Virus record (IMG/VR): IMGVR_UViG_3300032038_000005
Coordinates: 32,001 to 96,000 of that record
Direction: 5' to 3' (one strand)
DNA: 64,000 nt
DNA from: a virus
Lineage: Duplodnaviria; Caudoviricetes
How positions within the stretch are numbered: position 1 is the stretch's first letter; each line of letters starts with the position of its first letter. A program made the translations under genes and the position numbers. This document shows, piece after piece, positions 50,586-60,958 of the stretch. The notes below the pieces were generated by a model that saw only the letters and a list, made by a program, of their open reading frames with translations, was not told the DNA's origin and made no database searches.

Positions 50586-51520
50586 CATTTTTTCTTGAGT
50601 TCGTATGTCCGTAGCAAAGAGTCTTTTGCATAACCACCTTCACGGTTGATTTCCACAATCTCAGAAATGGGATTTGGATAATCTTCCAATAGGTCTCCAT
50701 TATCATTGAATGTCGCGAATTCTACATCATCGTCCGAATCTCCAATCATCACATAAGTTGTTGGACGTTCTGTTTCATACTTCGCATATTGATTCACATT
50801 TGGAGATGGAAGAATATCATCTAATAAACCAGCTGCTCGATTGACATCATTCTCAACAGTTTGTGGATCATATTGCGGTGATGGATGATACTCCACGGGA
50901 ACTGCAACGGCACTGTTGAACACATCATCCAACATAGAATGTCCCATCTCAATAGAACCAGGAGTGGTTGGTACGACACCAGGATCTGCATTTGTTAATT
51001 GTTTGGAAGATTGCTGTTGTTTTAAACGTAATTCGGAGATGTTCTTTTTGATGGTGATCATCTCTTTGTTGATACCCGTTACAGCAGAACGAGCTGCTGT
51101 TAATGCTTGCATGGCTAAGATGTCATTTTCATTCAATCCGAATTTGTCTTTATCCTTTAATCCTTCCATTAATTTTTTTTCGAATAATTTGGTAATACGA
51201 ACTTGATCAGCAGCAGAAGAACGAAGTGCAGCTAATTCGGATGTGTAAATCTTATTCGGATCGATACGGTTATCCACTAATGCTCCAGGTGAACGAGACG
51301 CTTCATCAAATGTTGCCATGATTCCCGTCACACCACCCCAGTTATCAGAACCAAGCGGTTCCAGATAATGTGTCATATTGGGATATAATGTGGGTTCCGA
51401 TTTATAATTATGAAACTCATTTGCGAATGTAGTTGGATCATAATATAACTGTTCTTGTTGTTTGGAATCCTGATCTGGAATCATCTGTGAAATCTCACGA
51501 AGTGAATCAAATAAACTCAT
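50585..51520 (-). CDS. hypothetical protein with coiled coil
   Basis: 311-aa ORF. Confidence 0.75.
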   Translation of the reverse strand: MSLFDSLREISQMIPDQDSKQQEQLYYDPTTFANEFHNYKSEPTLYPNMTHYLEPLGSDNWGGVTGIMATFDEASRSPGALVDNRIDPNKIYTSELAALRSSAADQVRITKLFEKKLMEGLKDKDKFGLNENDILAMQALTAARSAVTGINKEMITIKKNISELRLKQQQSSKQLTNADPGVVPTTPGSIEMGHSMLDDVFNSAVAVPVEYHPSPQYDPQTVENDVNRAAGLLDDILPSPNVNQYAKYETERPTTYVMIGDSDDDVEFATFNDNGDLLEDYPNPISEIVEINREGGYAKDSLLRTYELKKK

Positions 51521-51684
51521 GCTGAGTCATCCCTTTCTGTATTTAAAATTGTATCGAGAGGTTGTTCGGATTCGTTTGATTCATCATCTGTTTCATTCGG
51601 TGGACGTAACAATCCTTTCTTCCACTCCATGACAAGTTGATCATAACTCTTGACTTCCCCATTTTCAAGCCAAAACTTTGCCAT
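51517..51684 (-). CDS. small hypothetical protein
   Basis: GGAGTG SD before MAKFW; ATGA overlap with the next gene. Confidence 0.6.
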   Translation of the reverse strand: MAKFWLENGEVKSYDQLVMEWKKGLLRPPNETDDESNESEQPLDTILNTERDDSA

Positions 51685-51689
51685 GAGAA

Positions 51690-53213
51690 TCACTCCATCT
51701 TTGTTAAACCATATAATCCATTCAAACATTCAATTTCAATTGGAAACATGGTTCGTCCTTCCATACGAATATTGTATAATTTAGATCTCATTAGCTTTTC
51801 TGCTTGTTGGTTTGCTTCTTCTGACCAGATACCAACTGATTTAACAGTATCTCCATCATAGTCACCACCGATCGCTTTCAAACGAGAATTGGATGGTGTT
51901 AAGGTATCAGCAAATAATGTGGAGACTTTCATGTGGCCCAATGACGGATCTACAACTGGATAGTTCTTAAAGGTTTCACCTTGCCATTGCATTTCCGTTG
52001 TTTGAATGGTGGATAATAAGACGGGATAGGTGAAGAATGCTCCATAGTGATCACCCATGGGATACCGTACCGTATAGCACATCTTTCCTGCATCAATGAT
52101 TCCTCTTCGGCAACATATAAAAATTGCATCAGTTAGTGTCAACGGACGAATCTGACGCTGTTGGATTTTCACATCAAATCCATCAAAGATAATGGGTTTG
52201 GTTTGATCGGGATCTAAATACATAATATGAAAACGAGCACCGGGATTCATTTTATAGATTTTTACCAATCTTGCAATTTCCTCATCATCATAAATATTTG
52301 CCAAATCTTCCGAATTGACTTCCTCTGGGTTTGGATGAATTTGTTGAATATTGGAATAAGAGAAGAATTGTTTCATTTGAAATTTGATGAACGGGTCAAA
52401 CATTGTGACGAGTGTATGCATTGGATATCCCGTGTGATAGATACCAATCTCGGGATTGTCTGTATTATACTTTGGACCAGAGATTACGTTTCTTGCTGCA
52501 AATGATGTTGTCTTGGACATGAGATGCTGTTGAAAGAATCCCGTTTTCGCAGAAACAAGATTGTTGATATACTCATAAATTTGAATGGCAAAATTCTGGA
52601 ATTTACAATAAACTTGATACACATCATTTGTTGTCGTATGTGAGGTGATAGACTTTAATCCCAAGATTCCCATATACATCGTATTCAATTCACTTTTTAC
52701 TTGTCGGCCATTTCGTTCACCGATCTGTCTCATGTTGGGAGGGGACACCAGAATCTTATCATTGAACAATAACTTCTTTGGTGTTTTTGTCAAGATATCC
52801 ATATTGTCTTGAGAACGGGTATTCAATGCTTCTTTGAGATTAATCTTATCCCAAATATTATATAAGTCAACCAATCCACAATATTTCCCATTATCTGGAT
52901 TTGGTTTTAAAATACCATCTTCTGTCAAATCACATCTGGTTTCTGCATATGCCAATTTCTTAATAATACCACCAGATCTCATGATAATGGTTTTTGCCAC
53001 ATTGGGATTGAAAATATGAATTGGTAATTTAATATATCCACAACGATATTCTCGTTCATTATTGGTTTGACCAAAGACTTCTTCTGAGAATAAACCTTGT
53101 GGATGAAACTGATTCTCCGTTAGATAGATACGGGATGAAGTGACTTCTTTTAAATCATTGACCTTGATGGCTTGGTCAATATCATATAATCCTTGAATCT
53201 TCATTTGATTCAT
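51690..53213 (-). CDS. rpoC: RNA polymerase beta' subunit, N-terminal catalytic part (probably virion RNAP)
   Basis: GLFSEEVFG, GYIKLP, ARNVIS, VRYP and the metal-binding GGDYDGD. Confidence 0.9.
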   Translation of the reverse strand: MNQMKIQGLYDIDQAIKVNDLKEVTSSRIYLTENQFHPQGLFSEEVFGQTNNEREYRCGYIKLPIHIFNPNVAKTIIMRSGGIIKKLAYAETRCDLTEDGILKPNPDNGKYCGLVDLYNIWDKINLKEALNTRSQDNMDILTKTPKKLLFNDKILVSPPNMRQIGERNGRQVKSELNTMYMGILGLKSITSHTTTNDVYQVYCKFQNFAIQIYEYINNLVSAKTGFFQQHLMSKTTSFAARNVISGPKYNTDNPEIGIYHTGYPMHTLVTMFDPFIKFQMKQFFSYSNIQQIHPNPEEVNSEDLANIYDDEEIARLVKIYKMNPGARFHIMYLDPDQTKPIIFDGFDVKIQQRQIRPLTLTDAIFICCRRGIIDAGKMCYTVRYPMGDHYGAFFTYPVLLSTIQTTEMQWQGETFKNYPVVDPSLGHMKVSTLFADTLTPSNSRLKAIGGDYDGDTVKSVGIWSEEANQQAEKLMRSKLYNIRMEGRTMFPIEIECLNGLYGLTKME

Positions 53214-53259
53214 ACTCCTTTCTTCAAGTAAAGTATTTACGAAAACGTTTGAAACAATA

Positions 53260-53418
53260 TAAAATGGGGGGTGGGGGGCATTGCCCCCCACCCAAATCAA
53301 AAAGAAAGGAAAAATTAGTATCCCATATTGCAAGTTCGGAAACAATATGGGATGAGGATTGGAAAGTAAAAATGTCAGTGCACTCAACGGCATTTGAGTG
53401 AAGTTCATCCATGAACCT
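53260..53418 (-). ncRNA. candidate small RNA
   Basis: AACA-N6-TA promoter at 53429-53418, three hairpins, CU-rich linkers and a GC terminator hairpin; no plausible ORF. Confidence 0.45.
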
Positions 53419-53498
53419 ATTATCATGTTACATGTGGATCATTTTAAATTCTGATGATCGACAAAATGCTAAAAAATTAATTTGAGGAGATTCTTATT

Positions 53499-54194
53499 AT
53501 GAACAGACCGATTACAACATTATTCTTATTGATGTCACTTGACGGAAAGATTTCCACAGGTGATACAGACAACTGGGATGTTGACAAAGATATTCCCAAT
53601 ATAGACGGCGATCCATCCGCAGGACTTCATCAGTATTATGAAGAAGAACAGGAGACGGATTTATGGTGTCTCAACTCTGGTAGAGTATTAGCAAAGGTTG
53701 GCATGAACGACACCAAAGGAATACCCAAAAAGACACCTGTTACTTTTGCAATCATTGACAATGATCATCTTGCAGAGGGAGCTGTTCGTCACTTCTCCAA
53801 GAAAGGTCAAATGGTTGTCATTGTCACATCCAATCCAGACCATCCGGGTTTCAAATTGGAAAAGGAATTGAAGAATGTTAAGATGCTCAAGTACGGTGGA
53901 AGATTGAATCTGAAACAGATGTTAGAGAACTTCAAGAAATTGGGATGCAAAGACCTTACGATTCAGACAGGTGGTACACTCAATGAACTGTTTCTTCATC
54001 AACATCTCATTGACAAAGTTAATATTGTCATATGGCCTGGTATTGTCGGTGGTAAAAATGTATCCACATTAGTTGATGGAAATGCACCCAAATCTCTTAA
54101 AGACATTGGTATATTAAAGCTGACACAATGCAGGACTCTCAAGAATTCCTATGTTCAACTCAAGTATGATGTCGTTAACTCCGACAAAAAGTAA
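53499..54194 (+). CDS. RibD C-terminal / dihydrofolate reductase-fold protein
   Basis: MSLDGKI, IQTGGTL, LIDKVNIVIWPGIVGG. Confidence 0.85.
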   Translation: MNRPITTLFLLMSLDGKISTGDTDNWDVDKDIPNIDGDPSAGLHQYYEEEQETDLWCLNSGRVLAKVGMNDTKGIPKKTPVTFAIIDNDHLAEGAVRHFSKKGQMVVIVTSNPDHPGFKLEKELKNVKMLKYGGRLNLKQMLENFKKLGCKDLTIQTGGTLNELFLHQHLIDKVNIVIWPGIVGGKNVSTLVDGNAPKSLKDIGILKLTQCRTLKNSYVQLKYDVVNSDKK

Positions 54195-54207
54195 ATAAGA
54201 TGAGAAA

Positions 54208-54246
54208 CCCGCCCCATATGGGGCGGAACATTCTTTCTTTCTTTTC
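54208..54246 (+). terminator. intrinsic terminator
   Basis: ccgcccc-atat-ggggcgg followed by a T-rich tail. Confidence 0.7.
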
Positions 54247-54542
54247 TAGACATAAGGTTTTTCAGCGGCGAAGAACTAAACCACTATATGGAACAATCTA
54301 TTGTGTATTTAACAAATCATTCTATATAGTATATGATTTTCTAATTATTTTTTCTCTATACTATCAATGTTTATATAGTATTATATAGAAGATAATCCTC
54401 CCGGATTATCTTCCCGTCAATAGTTAGTACTTTTTAACTTTTATTATTATTTTAGCATATAGAAATAAAAGTTATACAATCACATACTATTATATTTACA
54501 TTTTCATATAACGAGAATGATACAACAATTCTTCAGTTATAC

Positions 54543-54561
54543 ATGTATATGATTATTTTGA
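54543..54561 (+). promoter_or_regulatory. putative early promoter
   Basis: ATGTATATGATTATTTTGA upstream of gyrB. Confidence 0.5.
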
Positions 54562-54612
54562 CAATGGAGAAATGACATTGAATTACCATAATAAGAAAGG
54601 AAGATTAGTAGT

Positions 54613-56970
54613 ATGGGACAGAAACAGTTTAAAGATGACAAGTATAAGATTATCGAACGAGACTTAGATAAGATAAAGTCCAGGCCTACAATGTACGTGT
54701 CATCCTTAGGTGAAGCAGGTGTACTGCATCTCTGTAAAGAGATTATCGACAACAACCGTGATGAAGTCACAAAGAGAGAATCACCTGGTAATGAAATCTA
54801 TATCGAAATCACGGACAAGTATTTGATGACTCGTGATAATGGTAGAGGTATTCCCACACCGATTCTGAGAAAGGTAATTGAGACGATTCAGGCTGGATCT
54901 AACATGACGAGAACAGGCGGAGCGACAAGTGGGGAAAACGGTTGCGGCAGTGCATGTGTATTGGCACTCTCATCAGACTATGAAATCATCTCCATCAGAC
55001 CTCAGGAGAAAAAGAAGTTGACACTTCGTTACAAAGATGCAGAGTTAATTGATGAACAACTTGAGGATTACACCGGAGATGACCATGGTTTGATTCTCAG
55101 ATTTGCGCCATCTAAGAAGATTATGGGTACGGATAAGATCCCCGTGGAAGAACTCGTAAAGTGGATTCAAGACTTTGATTACACGTTACCCCACGCAATC
55201 AATCTGACGTATAAAGTTCGTGGCAAAGTTTTCCATACCAAACACAAATGGCTTCGGGAAGTGTTTGATGTAGATATTCCAAAAGACCTCAGAATCTCTG
55301 ATATATTAACTGGAATATTCATGGGTGAATTGGATGAGACATTCTCTGGTGAAGTCTTCCATCGTCATTTTGAGATTGAGGTAGCTATTATGTATGCTTC
55401 TCCTGATTACAAGGGGGATGACATTCGACAGTCATGGATGAACATGATTTACACCCCTCAGAATGGAGAACATGTAGATGCTGTCATCAAAGCATTCATC
55501 AAATTCATGTCAGAAGAGATTGGCCGTCGGAATAAGAAGCTTGCAAACGAAGACTTGCGTCGTGACATTTTATCACATCTTCAGATTGTTGTGAAAGGAA
55601 CTTGTGATTGTGCACACATGTTCTCTGCCCAGAGTAAACATCAAGTGATGACCAAGGATAGATGTCTCGGTAAAGCCATTGAACAAGCCGCATATGAATG
55701 GTTCAATGAATCGAACAGCCAGTATGCAAGTCTGATAGAAGCTGTTCTCGGGAACCATCGTGCACGTATTGCAGGTGAACAAGCACGTGATTTATCCAAA
55801 GCAACACGTGTGAAGAAGCAGTGGCAACAGACAGAGAAGTATATCCCGTGTTCTTCTATCAAGACTGATATGCCGAAGGAACTGTATCTGGTTGAGGGTA
55901 ACTCTGCAGGTGGTGGTGTGAACGGTGCTCGTTTCCCATATCAAGCCATCCTTATGTTCCGCGGTAAGAATCTGAATCCGTACGAAGGAGATGCACTCAA
56001 GACCATCAACTCTGATTCATGGAAACACTTGATTCCAATTCTTGGTTGTGGTGTTGGGCCAACCTTTGACATCAAGAAGCTGAAGTTCGATAAGATTATC
56101 ATTGCCACAGATGCTGACGTGGATGGATATCACATTCGTGTGGAACACATGACATTCTTCTTGCGATTCTTACCGGAAATCATCAAAGCAGGAAAGCTGT
56201 ATATTGCCGAACCACCCTTGTATCAGTTGACTCGTGGTAAGTCAATTTCGTATGTTGCTACACAGACTGAGTATATCCAGACCTGTATCGAATCCATCGG
56301 TGATTTGCAAGTGACATTTATCCAGAAACCTGATAACCACACATCCATCCGTGAGTTTGTCACTGAAGCATTCGACTATACAAATACCTTACAGGACATC
56401 TCCATCAAGAGAAGTGTGAATCGATATTTGTTGGAGCATATCGCATATGGACTCACACAGTATCAGACAGCTGAGAACTTCATTAACAATGTAGACAATT
56501 GGTTGAGAAGCATTGCTCCCATATATAAGGAGATCGGTTTCAACCATTCCACTAACCAGGTGACTGCAGTTATCGACTTCGTCGACCAGTATGTGCTGAT
56601 TGATGATGACTTGGTCGCTGATTTGTCCGAGATTATTCGTATCCAGGATAAATATGGTTTACTTGTAGGCTACCAGTCTCTCAAGAAAGGTATGAACCAG
56701 CAAACGGAGCTGTCATACTTCTTTGAGCAGATTGAAGATATGTATCCGAGAATCACAGGTCGGTACAAAGGCTTAGGTTCCTCAGACCCCGATGTATTGC
56801 GTCAGGTTATCATGGATCCAAGAACCCGTCGTCTTATGAGAGTGACAATTGATGATGTATTGACATATGAGAAGATGGGTGCACTCGTTGGAAAGTCCAA
56901 AAATGATGTACTCGCTCGCAAAGAGATTCTGATGAACTTCCATTGGACACCGGCCGATATCGATTCATAA
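54613..56970 (+). CDS. gyrB: type II topoisomerase / DNA gyrase subunit B
   Basis: RPTMY, EIIDN, DNGRGIP, GENGCG, LVEGNSA, TDADVDG, YKGLG. Confidence 0.95.
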   Translation: MGQKQFKDDKYKIIERDLDKIKSRPTMYVSSLGEAGVLHLCKEIIDNNRDEVTKRESPGNEIYIEITDKYLMTRDNGRGIPTPILRKVIETIQAGSNMTRTGGATSGENGCGSACVLALSSDYEIISIRPQEKKKLTLRYKDAELIDEQLEDYTGDDHGLILRFAPSKKIMGTDKIPVEELVKWIQDFDYTLPHAINLTYKVRGKVFHTKHKWLREVFDVDIPKDLRISDILTGIFMGELDETFSGEVFHRHFEIEVAIMYASPDYKGDDIRQSWMNMIYTPQNGEHVDAVIKAFIKFMSEEIGRRNKKLANEDLRRDILSHLQIVVKGTCDCAHMFSAQSKHQVMTKDRCLGKAIEQAAYEWFNESNSQYASLIEAVLGNHRARIAGEQARDLSKATRVKKQWQQTEKYIPCSSIKTDMPKELYLVEGNSAGGGVNGARFPYQAILMFRGKNLNPYEGDALKTINSDSWKHLIPILGCGVGPTFDIKKLKFDKIIIATDADVDGYHIRVEHMTFFLRFLPEIIKAGKLYIAEPPLYQLTRGKSISYVATQTEYIQTCIESIGDLQVTFIQKPDNHTSIREFVTEAFDYTNTLQDISIKRSVNRYLLEHIAYGLTQYQTAENFINNVDNWLRSIAPIYKEIGFNHSTNQVTAVIDFVDQYVLIDDDLVADLSEIIRIQDKYGLLVGYQSLKKGMNQQTELSYFFEQIEDMYPRITGRYKGLGSSDPDVLRQVIMDPRTRRLMRVTIDDVLTYEKMGALVGKSKNDVLARKEILMNFHWTPADIDS

Positions 56971-56999
56971 TCAAAAGAAAGAAATAGGAGGATTTAACC

Positions 57000-59018
57000 A
57001 TGAACTTTAACACAGACACAGATGTGAATGAATCCCGTTTCGCCGACATTCGTCAGTATCAGGAGATTACCTCTCCCGATATTATCTACGAACTGTTGGG
57101 AGACATTATCATTCTGAACCGCTATCGTCAGAGAGAACATTATGACGAACTGTATGAACGCGTGGTAGATGTTGCTGTATGTTGCTGGAATGTCCATGTG
57201 AACCCTGATGACAAAGACAGCGATGTGCTCCAGCATACACCTATCAAGTTCAAAGTGGATATTGACGACATCCAGACGTATGCCATCCCGCTGAATCGCT
57301 TCATGATGTCCATGGCATTTATCCGTGCGATTCTTCCGTACCTCGACCGCGTGAATCTGAACGACTTCATTCTCCACAAATTCATGTCGGAGAAAGACCG
57401 TGTGGAAATCCAGAACAGAATCGTGGAAGTGCTTCGTGGTCAGGGTCTCACCATCAAAGAGATTCAGGTTATCATGGCACGTATGTCATTAGACCTGAAA
57501 GAACAGACACTGGTATTTGGCCAAGCTGACATGCAAATCTTCTCTGCGGAGAATTTGTTCCTCGACCATTATATGGCATCGGAGATTGTTCGCGACATCA
57601 ACAATACGGAATATCCACCGGATATGCAGACTGCCGATATTGTCGAGGAGAATGCAAAGAAATACAAGATTCTGGAAAAAGAAATGATGGAACGTGGTAA
57701 TCCGTTCTTCATCGACTCCAAGTATGCCAAGATTGTCAAGCCGAAGCAGATGGAAGAATTGTATATCAACTTCTCTCAGATTCCGGATGGTAAAGAGATT
57801 ATTCCCATCATCATGAACGGTAATGGCTTCAAGGCCGGTTATCATGACTTGGAAGTGTTCTATGGTGGTGCGATTGCTGCGAAAGTGCCAGACTTGATGA
57901 ATGATAAGTGGATGGGTGATGCGGGATACTTCTCAAGAAACTTGATGATTCTCACATACGGGACAATCAGTAAGACGGTATATGATTGCGGCTCTCGTAA
58001 TCTCATTCCGATTACAATTGATGAGACAGCTGCTCGTATGATGAACGGTCGTTATTATCAGAGAAGCAAGCATGATGGAATCTTGAGAGTCTTCCATAAG
58101 GATGACAAACGCCTGATGGGTAAGACATTATGGTTCCGCTCACCTTGTACCTGTAATCTGAATGAAGATTGTTGTCATGTCTGCTATGGCACAATCGCAT
58201 TGCAAGTTGGTCAACTGGAAGGTGGATTCATCTATACAACAGAATTGATGACATCAAGAGTTGGTCAGAATATCTTGTCTGCGAAACATCTGCTCAAAAC
58301 CGATGCGGAGAAAATCGACTTCTCTTCCAACTTCGAAAAATGGTTTGTGCTCAATTCATCAACCGTATATCCCAGAGATGAGAAGAAGTTTGATATCTAT
58401 ATTCGTGAAGACTATCATGAGACATCCTCTGAGAGTGTCACATTCTATTGCGGAAAAGACATGGAGGAAGTCACCATCGGACATTATTCTGACGTCGCCA
58501 TTCCGGATGATATTCTGTCCAAGGGTAAGAAAGTGGAGATTGATGACGTGGCCTATATCAAGATTTCCTCGTTCAAGATTCTGGAGAGTGGTGGAGAGCT
58601 TTGTAATATCACACCTATCAACATCTCCATCATTGCTCGTTATATGGATATCATGAAATTCTTCACATCTAATGCGGCTAAGATGGACAAAGTAGAAGAT
58701 GCTGTTGTGGCACTGATGAGATTGCTGGATGCCACATTCATTCCAATCCTGTCTACACATGGAGAAATTATCATCGGACATTTGCTGCGTTCGATTGACA
58801 GTAAGGTGAAGAGACCCAACTGGTTGAATGAAGATGAACCGTATCAGATTCTCCCGTTGAAGACAGCACTGGGTTCTTCTGAGAGTGCAACCACCTCGTT
58901 GGCATTTGAGAGAGCCGGCAATCAGTTGCTGTCAAGTATCTTCGACTTGAGAAATGACATTAATCGTGTTGGTGTACGTTCTTTCTCCGACTATATGTTC
59001 GGGGAATCTAATCTGTAA
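57000..59018 (+). CDS. rpoC: RNA polymerase beta' subunit, C-terminal part (probably non-virion RNAP)
   Basis: Bridge-helix DAGYFSRNL, DCGS, Zn site RSPCTC..CCHVCYG, trigger-loop QNILSAKH. Confidence 0.85.
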   Translation: MNFNTDTDVNESRFADIRQYQEITSPDIIYELLGDIIILNRYRQREHYDELYERVVDVAVCCWNVHVNPDDKDSDVLQHTPIKFKVDIDDIQTYAIPLNRFMMSMAFIRAILPYLDRVNLNDFILHKFMSEKDRVEIQNRIVEVLRGQGLTIKEIQVIMARMSLDLKEQTLVFGQADMQIFSAENLFLDHYMASEIVRDINNTEYPPDMQTADIVEENAKKYKILEKEMMERGNPFFIDSKYAKIVKPKQMEELYINFSQIPDGKEIIPIIMNGNGFKAGYHDLEVFYGGAIAAKVPDLMNDKWMGDAGYFSRNLMILTYGTISKTVYDCGSRNLIPITIDETAARMMNGRYYQRSKHDGILRVFHKDDKRLMGKTLWFRSPCTCNLNEDCCHVCYGTIALQVGQLEGGFIYTTELMTSRVGQNILSAKHLLKTDAEKIDFSSNFEKWFVLNSSTVYPRDEKKFDIYIREDYHETSSESVTFYCGKDMEEVTIGHYSDVAIPDDILSKGKKVEIDDVAYIKISSFKILESGGELCNITPINISIIARYMDIMKFFTSNAAKMDKVEDAVVALMRLLDATFIPILSTHGEIIIGHLLRSIDSKVKRPNWLNEDEPYQILPLKTALGSSESATTSLAFERAGNQLLSSIFDLRNDINRVGVRSFSDYMFGESNL

Positions 59019-59032
59019 GGAGGTGACACGAT

Positions 59033-60067
59033 ATGAGTTATTCTATTGCACCAATTTGCGGGGTATATGCAACACCCAAGTATCGTGTCATTTCAAGTGT
59101 GCTCGGGGAGGATTTCTCCCCTGAGCATGGCTTGGATGTGTATCTGGATTTGAACACGATTGTATCTGTGCTGTCATCTGCATCAAAGTTTATGAACTCA
59201 TTACCCTTTTCCGAAGATGCAGAAAAAGATATTGTGAAATGTATTCTGAATGCCGTCAGACATTGGAAAGGATTCGTCCGTAAGTATGAAAACTCCAGAA
59301 TCTTTCTGTTGTGGAATGAATTTGAATTACGGCCGTTACCTGAACAGGAGATTCTGAAATCGTATCTCATTCCGTATGTAAACAAATACAAACAGGACAG
59401 ATTCAAACAGTTTGTGTATTATTGGACAGAGGCCATGAAGAAAGTAGAAGTGGTATTGAAATATGTTCCTCAATCCTATCTCATCAAGACCAACTTTGTG
59501 GACTCGTATATCGTACCAGCTATCATCTCCAATGATGAAACGACAAAACTGATTGTATCGGGAAATTCCATGTTCACCTCATATAACTATATTCCCAATA
59601 CGAAAATCATCTACTCCCGTTTTCGTCGGAATGGGAATTGCCAACTGTCAGACCCGCTCATGATTTGTCAATCTATCTCTAAGATTGATGATGACATCAT
59701 GAGCACATTCTGTCAGAATAAAGTCTTCTATAATCTGTTGCAAGCGATTATCGGTGACTTCGATAGAGGTATCATGGGAATGACCCAATTTGGAATTACC
59801 AACTTTGCAACGGAATTGTTACGTGCGGTTGAACAGCACAAAGTTCCCAATGACCCAAAGTCCATTGAATCTGTCTTTCCCGTCATCAACAAGAACTATC
59901 ATGCGTATTTGAAACAGGCATATCCGTTGATTGATGTGGAGACACACAAACAGCTTATCACTCCCTCCACGGTAGAGAAAACCAAAGCACTGTTAATCGA
60001 TTTACTCGACATCGATGGCTTAAGTAAACTCAATGTAGATGGGATGAACTTATTAGAACTCTTATAA
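59033..60067 (+). CDS. hypothetical protein, possibly a degenerate 5'-3' exonuclease/FEN (PIN) fold
   Basis: VYLDLN, LIVSGN and AIIGDFDRGIMG resemble PIN and H3TH motifs. Confidence 0.45.
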   Translation: MSYSIAPICGVYATPKYRVISSVLGEDFSPEHGLDVYLDLNTIVSVLSSASKFMNSLPFSEDAEKDIVKCILNAVRHWKGFVRKYENSRIFLLWNEFELRPLPEQEILKSYLIPYVNKYKQDRFKQFVYYWTEAMKKVEVVLKYVPQSYLIKTNFVDSYIVPAIISNDETTKLIVSGNSMFTSYNYIPNTKIIYSRFRRNGNCQLSDPLMICQSISKIDDDIMSTFCQNKVFYNLLQAIIGDFDRGIMGMTQFGITNFATELLRAVEQHKVPNDPKSIESVFPVINKNYHAYLKQAYPLIDVETHKQLITPSTVEKTKALLIDLLDIDGLSKLNVDGMNLLELL

Positions 60068-60087
60068 TGAATCAGGAGATGATTATT

Positions 60088-60864
60088 ATGGAAATTATCG
60101 ATATCAAAATCGACAACAACATGCGCTCAGAACCGTATCCGACATTATTGAGTAAAGGCATTCGTTCAGAATGCCTTTACTTCAACACTGCGGTTATCGT
60201 GACAATCAAACCGAAGAAATGGATTGACTGCTTCTATCGTTTGTTCTGGGAAGATAACTATCTACATATCCCACGCACACGTCATTCCAAATTCGTACGA
60301 CATGAATCAAAAGACATATTCGACTTGTTTGAAATGCATCTCACTTTGGCAGAGGTGATGGATTTTCTGTATGATGCAACACCACCATTGCTTCGTAACC
60401 AGTTACCAAGTGGAACACAAACAATTGATGATATTGTCGAATTGATGAAGACATTCCTCATTGAAGAATCGAAACAACGTGACATGTACCAGAGTATCTT
60501 CCAGAAGATTACAAAGTATGGTGTATTTGAAAAACGGAATGTCATGGATTTACAGAAGATGCAGTTATTGCGTCAGAAGACACCAACAGGTTTACTGTGT
60601 CAGGTGATTTATTCTACTTCCGCATTGCAAACAATGTTCGATACAAATGTGACTGTTAATGGTATCTTCTTACTGCATGCAAACAATAATACAGACATGG
60701 AAGAATTCGTCAGAACCATGTTCAAGTACTACGGACAGCATTCCGTTACTGTATGTGATGTTCACAGAGACCCCAGTAGTGGGAATTACATCATGATTCA
60801 GTATATCGGTGATATGTTCAATGAACTTGTTACGAGAACTTACAAACCCTTTGTTTCTGTATAA
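60088..60864 (+). CDS. hypothetical protein
   Basis: AGGAG SD; 258 aa. Confidence 0.75.
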   Translation: MEIIDIKIDNNMRSEPYPTLLSKGIRSECLYFNTAVIVTIKPKKWIDCFYRLFWEDNYLHIPRTRHSKFVRHESKDIFDLFEMHLTLAEVMDFLYDATPPLLRNQLPSGTQTIDDIVELMKTFLIEESKQRDMYQSIFQKITKYGVFEKRNVMDLQKMQLLRQKTPTGLLCQVIYSTSALQTMFDTNVTVNGIFLLHANNNTDMEEFVRTMFKYYGQHSVTVCDVHRDPSSGNYIMIQYIGDMFNELVTRTYKPFVSV

Positions 60865-60884
60865 GAAAAAAGTTTCTTTTGGAC

Positions 60885-60917
60885 ATATGTATTGTTAAAT
60901 TGACCGGAGGTCAATTT
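60885..60917 (+). promoter_or_regulatory. putative early promoter with overlapping hairpin
   Basis: ATATGTATTGTTAAATTGA; aaattgacc-gga-ggtcaattt. Confidence 0.55.
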
Positions 60918-60958
60918 AATATAGTAATAATAAACAATTAGAAAGGAAAGTTTGTATT

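Noticed and set aside
53214-53426. N-terminal extension of the beta' ORF, and the 62-aa ORF 53224-53412
   Set aside because: They run through a terminator hairpin; the real start is 53213 after an AAGGAG SD.
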